32,559 nt of DNA, from contig JALGVI010000048.1 of NCBI GenBank assembly GCA_029838215.1, positions 1 to 32,559 of the forward strand, written 5' to 3'. The stretch comes from Candidatus Helarchaeota archaeon. GTDB lineage: Archaea > Asgardarchaeota > Lokiarchaeia > Helarchaeales > RDOG01. Every line of letters starts with the position of its first letter. Position 1 is the stretch's first letter. Under the pieces are notes generated by a model that saw only the letters and a list, made by a program, of their open reading frames with translations, was not told the origin of the DNA and ran no database searches. Below, piece after piece: positions 7,786 through 16,722 of this stretch. The translations under genes were made by a program, and so were the position numbers.

Positions 7786-9507
7786 TTAGTCGGCAGATTT
7801 CTCTTCTTCTGTTTTTGTTTTTTGATTCCCGTACTTATAGAAGGGTGACTTTTGATTGATCTTTCTTATGGTTTCAACGAGGTTCTTCAAGATTGGAAAT
7901 CCACCAAAGAAGTCAAGGTCTTCATCGGCGAATCCTGCAAGACCGAGCATGCATAAAATGAAAATCCCGACAGGAATGATTGCACCACCTAGAAAAATGA
8001 GAATGGCATAAGTCGTATGAATTATTCCAGAAAGGATGATTCCAGCATTAGTGAACGTTTCTGCGAAATTGAGGTTGAGCATGATTAAATAATTGAACGG
8101 AACGAACAAAGAAACCAAATAATAGATTAGAATTCCAACAAACACGCTCACGGCTCCCTTCCATAAGACGTCAGTAAATTGACGGCTTGAAACCGAAACA
8201 CGTTTCAAGATATATCGGAAGCTAAATGGAAATAAAATCACGCAAATGATTAATAGACAAACGGGGCCAACATAAAGTGCAAATATGGGTGGAACTAGGG
8301 CTAAACCTAATGGCACGGCTATTATCTGGAACACTGTTAAAATTAAGATCAGAATAAATCCAATTTTGGCTTCACCACGGCCAATTGATAGACTACAAGC
8401 GAGAAATATCAAACCAATAAAAACGACCGCAACAGATTGAATGATGAACGGTAAGAATCCGGGAACATATTCAGGACCATGAATGACGAGTAATAAAGTC
8501 ATTGCTTGGCTGACATAAAGCGCAAGAAACAGCACGGATAGATTGTAACCCATCCGAAATGATGTTTTTACCAGCGAATCGATTTCTTGTTGGTCCTGAC
8601 GTGCGTGTGCCTCGGATATGGCAGGGACCTGTGGCCAACCAAACACGCAAGCAGATGCCATGACTCCAGCATAACCAGTGAAAATACTATAGATGCTTAC
8701 TATTGGACTTGTTGGAGTGAAAATTAGAGTATAATAGATCGATGATATCGCATATATGGTTCCAATGAGAATCAACATTGGAAAAGCAGAATACATGCCG
8801 TATTTTAAAATTGACTTTATCTCTGTTCGATCGACTTTTCCGATTAAAGCATTCATCTTGTAAGGTGCTGCCTTTTTCAAGAGAAAAACACCTGCCACGA
8901 TTTGAAAAATTGCCCCGATAAAAGCCAATCCCATGGCGATGATGATCCAATTTAGCGGCACGGGCATTATCAATCCAATTAATCCAAGTACGGAGCCGCT
9001 TGTTGCTAAAAAAGAAATAATGGAAACGTAATCGAATCGTTGAAGACCAGTAAGATTTCCAATAAACCAATCTCGGATGAAGGCAATGAAGACGGCAATT
9101 GAGACGATTAAAAACACGACACCTAAGAAGAAATTATAGGCAATGGTTATGATACCCATGATGATTAACAAGATAGAAAAAGTCAACCCCAATAGACTCA
9201 TCACGATGAAACCAGCTCGAGCGTGTTTGATAGCACTCGTTTCAGATTCAACCAAACCTTCTGAGATATATTTCGAGAGAGCTTGATGCATGCCCCCTGA
9301 AATCCAAGTAAATGCAAGACTTAATGAAAGACCGGCTGCAACCAAGCCATATCCTTCAGGACCGATCCCGACATCAGATCTTGAAAAAATGGCAGCAAAT
9401 ATCCATCCAACAACACCAGCACCCAGACTGAATACTAAAAGATATCCACCTCCGCCGATGATCTTTTGGGCGGCGATTTCATCCTTTTCAGAGCTTGTAC
9501 CACTCAT
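7786..9507 (-). CDS. MOP-superfamily flippase / oligosaccharide or lipid exporter (Wzx/MurJ/MATE-like)
   Basis: About 14 TM segments; IGPEGYG loop after TM1, ALSKYISE, PAISEAHA patterns typical of flippases. ORF opens at 9528; ATG 9507 preferred. Confidence 0.8.
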   Translation of the reverse strand: MSGTSSEKDEIAAQKIIGGGGYLLVFSLGAGVVGWIFAAIFSRSDVGIGPEGYGLVAAGLSLSLAFTWISGGMHQALSKYISEGLVESETSAIKHARAGFIVMSLLGLTFSILLIIMGIITIAYNFFLGVVFLIVSIAVFIAFIRDWFIGNLTGLQRFDYVSIISFLATSGSVLGLIGLIMPVPLNWIIIAMGLAFIGAIFQIVAGVFLLKKAAPYKMNALIGKVDRTEIKSILKYGMYSAFPMLILIGTIYAISSIYYTLIFTPTSPIVSIYSIFTGYAGVMASACVFGWPQVPAISEAHARQDQQEIDSLVKTSFRMGYNLSVLFLALYVSQAMTLLLVIHGPEYVPGFLPFIIQSVAVVFIGLIFLACSLSIGRGEAKIGFILILILTVFQIIAVPLGLALVPPIFALYVGPVCLLIICVILFPFSFRYILKRVSVSSRQFTDVLWKGAVSVFVGILIYYLVSLFVPFNYLIMLNLNFAETFTNAGIILSGIIHTTYAILIFLGGAIIPVGIFILCMLGLAGFADEDLDFFGGFPILKNLVETIRKINQKSPFYKYGNQKTKTEEEKSAD

Positions 9508-9627
9508 TTTTCTTGCACGAATCCTCAAATTTTTAGGGAAATTTCAGATGAGAAAGATTAATTCTAACGATTTCCTTCATAAAATAAATATGTTATTAAA
9601 AAAAATTAGAGATAGTCAATTGAAACA

Positions 9628-9645
9628 TCGAGCTCATGAACTCGA
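9628..9645. promoter_or_regulatory. Near-perfect 18-bp palindrome, candidate operator
   Basis: TCGAG-C-TCATGA-A-CTCGA (one mismatched pair), 18 nt upstream of the modE-like ATG. Confidence 0.4.
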
Positions 9646-9663
9646 GAACGAAGTGGATTCAGA

Positions 9664-10242
9664 ATGAGCGAGGAGTTCCAAATCAAGTATAAATTCTGGC
9701 TTGGCAAGGATGAAAGCACAGATGGAAAGCGGCAGGGGCTGGGAAAAGGGGCAATTAAACTCTTAGAAGCCATAAAAGAAACCAGCAATCTTGGAAAAGC
9801 TGCTAATAAAGTGGGATATTCATACAAGTATGCGTGGAACATCCTAAAACGAATTGAAAAGCAATTTGGTCAAGAACCGGTGAAAGCATTTCGAGGCGGA
9901 AAAGGTGGTGGAGGAGGAGTAGAATTAACGGAGCTCGGTGAGAAATTATTACTTTATTATAAGGCGTTCCAGAATTTTTTAGATACGACTATTAGAAGCC
10001 CACATCAATGGAAATTCCAAGGATTGAACACGCCAGCACCCAATGTCATGACGGGAAGGGTCTTGAGTATCGAAAAAGACGAGAACGTGGCAATTCTTAA
10101 AATCGAAATCCCGGGACCCGTGAAGATCATGTCCATAATTACACGAGATTCGAAAAAAAGACTGGGAATTAAAAAAGGCGTACCGGTTGAATTATTGTTT
10201 AAAGCAACGGCAGTTTCAATTACAAAAGAGGAGATGTTTTAG
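9664..10242 (+). CDS. modE: ModE-family molybdate/tungstate-responsive regulator (wHTH plus a single TOBE domain)
   Basis: LLEAIKETSNLGKAANKVGYSYKYAWNILKRIE HTH, RGGKGGGGVELT wing, C-terminal TOBE SIITRDS...LFKATAV. Confidence 0.85.
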   Translation: MSEEFQIKYKFWLGKDESTDGKRQGLGKGAIKLLEAIKETSNLGKAANKVGYSYKYAWNILKRIEKQFGQEPVKAFRGGKGGGGGVELTELGEKLLLYYKAFQNFLDTTIRSPHQWKFQGLNTPAPNVMTGRVLSIEKDENVAILKIEIPGPVKIMSIITRDSKKRLGIKKGVPVELLFKATAVSITKEEMF

Positions 10243-10454
10243 TGGAGACGAGCGCACGAAATCAACTCAGGGGTAAAGTTGAGAAGTTAGAAGAAACAGA
10301 TTTGACTGCATTATGTGAAGTTATTGTAACTGAGACAAGCATTGTTACAGCCGTCATCGATCGTAGCGCGTTGGACTTGTTATCCATAAAAGAAGGCGAT
10401 GAAGTCTCGCTTTTAGTCAGTCCAAATCAAATAGTCGTCCGTGCTAAAAAATAA
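10242..10454 (+). CDS. Stand-alone TOBE/Mop (molbindin-like) protein
   Basis: TSARNQLRGKV Mop signature; GTG overlaps the upstream TAG by 1 nt; GAGGAG upstream. Confidence 0.8.
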   Translation: METSARNQLRGKVEKLEETDLTALCEVIVTETSIVTAVIDRSALDLLSIKEGDEVSLLVSPNQIVVRAKK

Positions 10455-10510
10455 ATACTCAAGAATCAAATCCTATATTAGGATTTGAAATAAATAACGA
10501 GTGGATTTAC

Positions 10511-11140
10511 ATGAAAATAAAATGGGTTTCTCACGCATGTTTTCAAATCACGGCAGATTCTGGCAAGGTTCTTTATACTGATCCTTACAATATTCCCGAT
10601 GGCATGGAGCCCGCAGATATAATATTGTGTTCTCATGATCACTATGATCATGCCGATGCAAAGGCGATTAAAAAAATAATCACGAAGGATACAACCGTAA
10701 TCTGCCCGAAATCCTGTGAAAACAAGCTTAAAAAATTCTCTCCGAAGACACTTGGAATCAATGACACCATCGAACTTGCGGGAATGAAAATCACGGCAGT
10801 TCCTGCCTATAACGTCGGAAAGGCATTTCATCCAAAGGCAAATAATTGGCTGGGATACATAATTGAAGTCGACAACAAAAGAATCTATCATGCAGGTGAT
10901 ACGGACCTCATAGATGAAATGAAAACCTTTGAAAATATTGACGTGGCACTCCTCCCAGTAGGTGACACTTACACGATGGGATTTGAGGCGGCAGCTGAAG
11001 CATGTGCCGTTATCAAGCCAAAAATTTGCGTGCCAATGCATGATTGGGACAAGGACCTCGAGCCATTTGTAAAAATGGCAAATGATAAGGCTCCTGACGT
11101 AAAAGTCGAAATTCTAAAAAACAAAGACCTTTCCATATAA
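10511..11140 (+). CDS. Metallo-beta-lactamase-fold hydrolase (UPF0173/UlaG-like)
   Basis: HACF, TDPY, SHDHYDH (HxHxDH), YHAGDT, PMH motifs. Confidence 0.9.
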   Translation: MKIKWVSHACFQITADSGKVLYTDPYNIPDGMEPADIILCSHDHYDHADAKAIKKIITKDTTVICPKSCENKLKKFSPKTLGINDTIELAGMKITAVPAYNVGKAFHPKANNWLGYIIEVDNKRIYHAGDTDLIDEMKTFENIDVALLPVGDTYTMGFEAAAEACAVIKPKICVPMHDWDKDLEPFVKMANDKAPDVKVEILKNKDLSI

Positions 11141-11190
11141 TTTCTTTTTATTCTTTTAAAAAAAATCGTCAATTCTGCTCTTGATTGAAA

Positions 11191-11418
11191 TCAATGCTCG
11201 CCACGTAATGCCCGAACGCGATGAATCACTTCTCCCAATGTTATCGTTCCCTTAAAACAGCGAAGCGGAAGATCCAAGCAATCATGACATATCAGGGCAT
11301 TGTTTCCGTATTTTTCATGTCGCTTGAGAACTTTCTCCGATAAGACTTCATCACCAGTATCCAATATTTTTTCTCCACAGATCGAACAATAATTCATCAA
11401 ATTTTTATCCATTCTCAT
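11191..11418 (-). CDS. Small putative zinc-finger protein
   Basis: CSIC ... CHDC pairs in 75 aa; GGTG upstream; 29 nt downstream of the co-oriented eIF2B-like gene. Confidence 0.55.
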   Translation of the reverse strand: MRMDKNLMNYCSICGEKILDTGDEVLSEKVLKRHEKYGNNALICHDCLDLPLRCFKGTITLGEVIHRVRALRGEH

Positions 11419-11447
11419 TCACACCAAATGACGTCGTCTTGAAATCT

Positions 11448-12395
11448 TCAATCGAACAAATACTTTTTAAATAATTCTAATTCTTTTTGAGATTCCACTT
11501 TTTGAATGAAATTTTCTGGTGAAAGCACCCCATACTCCGAAACAATGGACGTGACGTACTTAGCAGGTGTCATCTCAAAATACTTGTTGATTACTTTAAT
11601 AGAAGTCTCCTGTTTCGGAAGAATTTCTCCGGGATCGTTTTCTTCAATTAAGAGCTCCTTGCCAAAATAATGCAAGATGTTAAATTTTGAACTTTCAGTT
11701 ATGACATGAAATGGCACGCGGAATTCTCTCGCCATTACTGCTAATGGGAAAGTTCCGACTTTATTTATAAAAGAACCATCTTTTAAAATGCTATCAGCAC
11801 CAGTAAGAATGAGATCCACGGGCATTACTTGTCCCATTGCCGCATCCACTAAAACAGTAATGTCATGTTTATTCAGATGACTCAGCATTTCAGCAGTTTT
11901 GATGCCTTCGTTTAATGGGCGAGATTCTAAAACATAAATTCTTAGTCGTTTCGGAGTTTTTCTAAATACTTCCAGAACCGTGGAACTGTAACTTAAGGTC
12001 ATCACGGAAGATGCTGGTTCAAGAACGGCTTGAGCATTTTTCATTAATTGGTTTCTGTTTTGTGCGGAGAGAATATTTTGGGCGTTCAATGCATTTATCA
12101 GGTCAGTTTTTAATGCCTGTAAAGTTATCGGAGGGTCGTTCAAGATTTTCAAGAGCGGCTTGAATACATGCAAAAGTGGAGCCATGTAAGGTCTCGTTTT
12201 CATTAAGACTTTAATGAGTTTTTCGAGGTCATCGATAAAAAGTTCGAACTTCTTCTCGTTGGACTTTTGGACTTGGAGCAATAGGGCAGCTTTTACTTTT
12301 TCCGTTAATTCTGCGGCACCGGACTGCTTGTCTTCCTTGATTTTCTTGATGAGTTTGCTCACTTCATGTATTACTGGCATCTTCGACGATCTCAT
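11448..12395 (-). CDS. eIF2B alpha/beta/delta-family protein (aIF2B-like)
   Basis: SGAAE N-terminal motif, TRPYMAPL, TLSYSSTV, ESRPLNEG, GADSI..DG..INKVGT, FEMTPAKYVTSIVSEYG. Confidence 0.88.
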   Translation of the reverse strand: MRSSKMPVIHEVSKLIKKIKEDKQSGAAELTEKVKAALLLQVQKSNEKKFELFIDDLEKLIKVLMKTRPYMAPLLHVFKPLLKILNDPPITLQALKTDLINALNAQNILSAQNRNQLMKNAQAVLEPASSVMTLSYSSTVLEVFRKTPKRLRIYVLESRPLNEGIKTAEMLSHLNKHDITVLVDAAMGQVMPVDLILTGADSILKDGSFINKVGTFPLAVMAREFRVPFHVITESSKFNILHYFGKELLIEENDPGEILPKQETSIKVINKYFEMTPAKYVTSIVSEYGVLSPENFIQKVESQKELELFKKYLFD

Positions 12396-12492
12396 TAAAG
12401 CAAAAATTGAACTTTATTTTTATATGAAATCATTTCTTAAATAATTAAATAAAATGCATCTTTGAAAATTGCAGAACGGAAGGAAACATGAA

Positions 12493-13227
12493 ATGGCACA
12501 CGAATACGATTTATCTAAAGGAAACGCTCCTCTGAGAGATGAAATTGCCAGCACGGAGATCTTCTTTTTAAACAAGAAGATAGGAAAACCCGAGGCAAAA
12601 GTGATCATTGAAAGTAAATTGAACAAGGTTTTTAAAGGAGCATCAGGAGTAGACGTTCAATATCTTGAAGTTAAGGATAATTATAATCCATACATTCACA
12701 TTCGAGGAAACTACAAGATCCGGTACTTGAAAAAACAGGTATTAAGCATTAATGTATCCCATGAAATCGTAGGGGCGAAAGTCTGCCAAGAATGCGATGT
12801 GGTGATGGAATTAGGCGAAGCTCGCCCAGGTGAGGAGAAGAAAAAACGAAAACTTGATATTCTCGTGGTGTTAAAAGCGCATCATGAACACGGAGACGTG
12901 GATTTAGCATTTGATCCAAATGGCAAGAAAATGAACCCTGATAAGTTAATGGGTTGGAAAAAAGAACCAGGTCCATCGGATTTTCTTGAAACAAATGGGG
13001 ATGAGGTTCGTAGATTTGCAGTCACGATTGAGCAAGCCATTGACATGCTTCGTAAACAGATCACTCGCCGCCCAACAGACGCGGTTCGTATTATTGAAGA
13101 AATCTTTGAAGTCTCAAAAGTAGAAGTCATTCTTAGTCCCGTCTATATTTATACGTTGAAATATCAAGATGATACGAGAAAAATCCAAATTGATGCAATA
13201 AACCAGTCATTTAAAATCATTTCTTAG
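12493..13227 (+). CDS. Soluble hypothetical protein
   Basis: Long ORF with protein-like composition, divergent from the eIF2B-like gene. ORF opens at TTG 12469; ATG 12493 preferred. No family recognised. Confidence 0.7.
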   Translation: MAHEYDLSKGNAPLRDEIASTEIFFLNKKIGKPEAKVIIESKLNKVFKGASGVDVQYLEVKDNYNPYIHIRGNYKIRYLKKQVLSINVSHEIVGAKVCQECDVVMELGEARPGEEKKKRKLDILVVLKAHHEHGDVDLAFDPNGKKMNPDKLMGWKKEPGPSDFLETNGDEVRRFAVTIEQAIDMLRKQITRRPTDAVRIIEEIFEVSKVEVILSPVYIYTLKYQDDTRKIQIDAINQSFKIIS

Positions 13228-13307
13228 AGAAATAAAAAACATTTTAACATTCTTTTTTTTCTCCTTATAGAATAAAAAAATTGAGATAAAAAGGAGCATG
13301 TATTTTT
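13228..13307. terminator. Candidate bidirectional T-tract terminator region
   Basis: T-run (ttctttttttct, about 13250-13262) on + and an A-run (about 13274-13280) between convergent genes. Confidence 0.4.
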
Positions 13308-14417
13308 TTATAGATGATAGGAAATCAATGAATCGAAGAAGAACAACAACAGCACGCCGATGGCAATGATCAATAGAAGGACAGAAAGAAACCAGCGAGA
13401 TTTAGACCACTGTATTACTTTTTTGCCGTCTAGGATTGCAATCGGAACTAGATTAAAAATTCCAAGAAAGAAATTCAAGAACACGCCGATAACCAGAGGC
13501 GATTGAAATCCATCTAGTAACCCAAGCCCTGTCATGAATGCAGATTTCCCGAAAATAAATAGAAGTGCCAACAAAATCGTGCCAAAAGAGAAGTTATAAA
13601 GTGGACCTGCTAAGGCGATCTTTCCCATTGTCTTTTTTGCTTGGGCTTGTGGTGGAATCATGACTGCTCCCGGCAATGCGAATTTGAAAGGTAGAAATAT
13701 GCTAATGGCAGAAATGATCGTAAAAAATGGCGTTAATCTGAACTCGCTCCAATGCCCAAGTCGTATGCTTGCAAATTTATGCGCTAATTCATGACCGATG
13801 AATGCGACCACGCCCACTCCTACGGCAGTCATGAGCATGGCGAAAATGAGAATGGGAGGGTATGGAAGAATCGTGAAAATTTGACCGAAAATTATGAGAA
13901 ACATGCTCAATGTAATGCCGAAAATGATGAGGGTTGCTACAGACAATTGCCATACTTCTCGCTTGCTGGTGATCCCTAAGATCGGTTTTTCGGGTTTTTT
14001 CACGTGTCCCCACGGCACGAGCAACTTTCGAAAGCCCTTTGTATCGTACACGTAATAACGGACAACGGTTTCACCCGTTAAAGGATCAACATATTCTTCT
14101 ATATCAAAAACATTTTCAGGAATTTCGTGGTCATACTCATATTCAGATGATGAAAAATCCTCGGAAAATGGAGTGATCCTGCCCGTATCTCCCGCTTGAT
14201 CCACAAAATCTTGTTGCACGGGTCCTGATGAAGGCACGTCAACATGATAATCATCGTGAGATTGATATTGTACTTGTTCACGGTGTCTTGGACCCCGAAT
14301 TAGGTTCTTGCAGTCATGAGCTTCGGGAAGGCGATGATCTGCACAAAAGCTCAATTGACAGTATTTGCATTTAAAAGGCATGTATATCTCTTTACCGCAG
14401 TGGTCACATTTAACCAT
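13308..14417 (-). CDS. AN1-type zinc finger fused to an M50 (site-2) intramembrane metalloprotease
   Basis: N-terminal C-x2-C-x9-C-x2-C-x4-C-x2-H-x5-H-x-C; HELAH zinc motif in a TM, AGPLYN, NLVPIAILDG; ATG 14417 after GAGG. Confidence 0.88.
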   Translation of the reverse strand: MVKCDHCGKEIYMPFKCKYCQLSFCADHRLPEAHDCKNLIRGPRHREQVQYQSHDDYHVDVPSSGPVQQDFVDQAGDTGRITPFSEDFSSSEYEYDHEIPENVFDIEEYVDPLTGETVVRYYVYDTKGFRKLLVPWGHVKKPEKPILGITSKREVWQLSVATLIIFGITLSMFLIIFGQIFTILPYPPILIFAMLMTAVGVGVVAFIGHELAHKFASIRLGHWSEFRLTPFFTIISAISIFLPFKFALPGAVMIPPQAQAKKTMGKIALAGPLYNFSFGTILLALLFIFGKSAFMTGLGLLDGFQSPLVIGVFLNFFLGIFNLVPIAILDGKKVIQWSKSRWFLSVLLLIIAIGVLLLFFFDSLISYHL

Positions 14418-14594
14418 CAGGACTAACCTCAACTAGTTTTATAAAACATGAGATTCCATCAATGATTGAACATATATTTATTAAAAGAGTTAATGTTTTT
14501 TAAAGAAATCATTCGTGAAGGATCTGATTAGGTAGGTCTCACGGAAAAAGTCGCCGTATTGAATAACGGAAATTAATCAAGAGATGAGAAAAAG

Positions 14595-15230
14595 ATGAGT
14601 GAGGATTTTAAGCCTTATAGTTCACCAATTCCAATAACTGGAACCAGTTATAGTGCTCAAATAGGAAAAAATCCAGAAGATAAATGGGTTATCAGGTTAA
14701 TCAAGGCACGTCAAGTTGTTGAAACCGAAGTTTTTGATGAATTGAATGGAAATTTAATGGTGGGTTTTATCTTACGCGCCACTGCCATCCCAATGTTAAA
14801 TCCATATAAGATTTCTCAAAATATTAAGATGCTTATCACGCAAGCCGAGCGTGGACCGCTTCAAGTCAAACCCCCTGCCCCAACACCACCACCTGTTAGT
14901 GCTGGAATGCCCGCGCAGGGAATGGGGAGCCTTACAGCAGGAATATCGCGAACTTCAGAATACGATATTCCACGTCCAAGTAGTTCCGCAGCACCTCCAC
15001 CAACCTCGATTCCTGCTGCGCCTGCGGCACCAGCGGCACCAGCGGCACCAGCTACTCCTGCAGCCCCTGTAGGATCCAATTGCCCGCAGTGTAGTTCACC
15101 AATTCAATCCAATTGGAATTTATGCGCATTTTGTGGACACGTGTTAAAAAAGCTAAATTGTCCGGGCTGTGGCAAGGAAATTAATTTTAGTTTCAAGATA
15201 TGTCCATATTGCGGTCTCGCTCTCAAGTAG
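14595..15230 (+). CDS. Unknown N-terminal domain, Pro/Ala-rich linker and C-terminal double zinc ribbon
   Basis: Four CxxC pairs (CPQC, CAFC, CPGC, CPYC) at the C terminus; PAAPAAPAAPAT linker. Confidence 0.8.
   Translation: MSEDFKPYSSPIPITGTSYSAQIGKNPEDKWVIRLIKARQVVETEVFDELNGNLMVGFILRATAIPMLNPYKISQNIKMLITQAERGPLQVKPPAPTPPPVSAGMPAQGMGSLTAGISRTSEYDIPRPSSSAAPPPTSIPAAPAAPAAPAAPATPAAPVGSNCPQCSSPIQSNWNLCAFCGHVLKKLNCPGCGKEINFSFKICPYCGLALK
15024..15050 (+). repeat. 9-bp tandem repeat (GCGGCACCA)x3 inside a longer degenerate PAA-coding array (15012-15068)
   Basis: Three exact units read directly; in-frame, encodes Ala-Ala-Pro. Confidence 0.9.
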
Positions 15231-15399
15231 AATCGTTTGCACGATGCTTTTGAGCTAAGAAACATTCCTTTTTTCCAATTTTTGTCGAAATCATGCACTC
15301 CTTTATGTTTGAGAACCGCAAATTTAAAATAAACTCAACTTGAATAACTAAAAATAGGTAATCAGAAAAACGTGATACGAAGGAATGGTGTAGAATCAC

Positions 15400-15822
15400 A
15401 TGTCAGCTTTGATTGATTGGAAGAATGAGTGCATCAAAAAAGAACAGAAAATCATGGAGCTTGAAAAAAAACTTCAAGATTGTGCGAAGAAAAATATTGA
15501 ATTATTGAATGATAAAAAGGTAATGGAAGAATCAATTAAAAAACTTGAAACATTTGCTAATTCCATCCAGATGCAAGAGAAAGATCATAATAAAATAGTC
15601 GAGAAAATGGAGAAAGTATGGAAGGGTAAGGTTCTCGAAGCCGAACGAAAAATCAAGGCACTTGAAAAACTTCTCGAAGAAAAACGCAAGGTCGAATTTA
15701 ACGAACAATCCTTAACACTTCAGACATATTTGAAATCATATAAGGAAAAAATACAAAAATTGGAAGATGAATTAAAAGAAAAGGATCAGAAGATCAAAAA
15801 ATTAGAAGGAATTAAATTATAA
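15400..15822 (+). CDS. Coiled-coil protein, unknown function
   Basis: 140 aa, very K/E rich with heptad Leu/Ile pattern throughout. Confidence 0.75.
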   Translation: MSALIDWKNECIKKEQKIMELEKKLQDCAKKNIELLNDKKVMEESIKKLETFANSIQMQEKDHNKIVEKMEKVWKGKVLEAERKIKALEKLLEEKRKVEFNEQSLTLQTYLKSYKEKIQKLEDELKEKDQKIKKLEGIKL

Positions 15823-15869
15823 AAAACTATTTTTTAATTGTTTAACGGTGGACGTTGTCCATCGCTCAT

Positions 15870-16625
15870 CTACATGAATTGTCCGCCTGATACAAGTATT
15901 ACTTCTCCGGTTATGTACGAAGCCTCTTCAGATGCCAAAAACAAGGCAACGTTTGCGATGTCTTCAGGTTCTCCAGGACGTTTTAGTGGGACTTGGTCCA
16001 CGAGCATGTCGAAGATTTTTTGCGGCATGCTGGCAGTCATGTCGGTTTTTATGAGTCCGGGTTGTATGGCATTGACGTTTATGGGGGTTCCCTTGTAGCT
16101 CAGCTCTTTTGCAAGAGTTTTCGTCAAGCCCACCAACGCGGCCTTTGTAGCGGTATAATTCGCTTGACCAACATTACCAACTTTTCCCATGACTGATGAA
16201 ATATTTATGATTTTTCCCCATTTATTCTTCGTCATTATTGGAGCGGCAATCTTGCACATGTTGAAAACACCCGTGAGATTAACACGTATAACTTCATCCC
16301 ATTGTTCATTTGTCATCTTGAAAAATAATGCATCACGAATGATCCCGGCATTATTAACCAATATTAATTTGATATCATCAATGTTGAAATTCGCACGGAT
16401 GATTTCTTCTGCTTTTTTCACGTCATCACGATTTCCAACATCGCAATGAATGGCAATTGCCTTTCGCCCCAGAACCTCGCATTCCTTGGCGGTTTGCTCC
16501 ACAAGGTCTTTGAGAATGTCCAGACAAACAATGTCGGCACCTTCACGGGCAAATTTGAGTGCAATTGCTTTCCCAATTCCTCTCGCCGCACCAGTTACGA
16601 TGGCGACGGTATCTTTTAATCGCAT
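15870..16625 (-). CDS. fabG: Classical SDR, FabG / 3-oxoacyl reductase-like
   Basis: TGAARGIG, VNNAGI, NISSV, YTATK, PG.IKTDM, ITGEVI motifs; physiological substrate unknown. Confidence 0.85.
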   Translation of the reverse strand: MRLKDTVAIVTGAARGIGKAIALKFAREGADIVCLDILKDLVEQTAKECEVLGRKAIAIHCDVGNRDDVKKAEEIIRANFNIDDIKLILVNNAGIIRDALFFKMTNEQWDEVIRVNLTGVFNMCKIAAPIMTKNKWGKIINISSVMGKVGNVGQANYTATKAALVGLTKTLAKELSYKGTPINVNAIQPGLIKTDMTASMPQKIFDMLVDQVPLKRPGEPEDIANVALFLASEEASYITGEVILVSGGQFM

Positions 16626-16722
16626 TTTTTCACCTACAGATATTTAGTCAGATATTTAACATTAATCAGTAAAATGAACGAAATCGAATTTTATTAAAAT
16701 ACCGAAAAATCGTTAAACGACC

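Noticed and set aside
10240-10242. Pyrrolysine/stop read-through of the modE TAG
   Set aside because: In-frame read-through gives non-TOBE sequence; the TOBE gene is in the -1 frame.
15012-15068. CRISPR or mobile-element repeat
   Set aside because: Short in-frame 9-bp tandem units without spacers; simply encodes a Pro-Ala-Ala linker.
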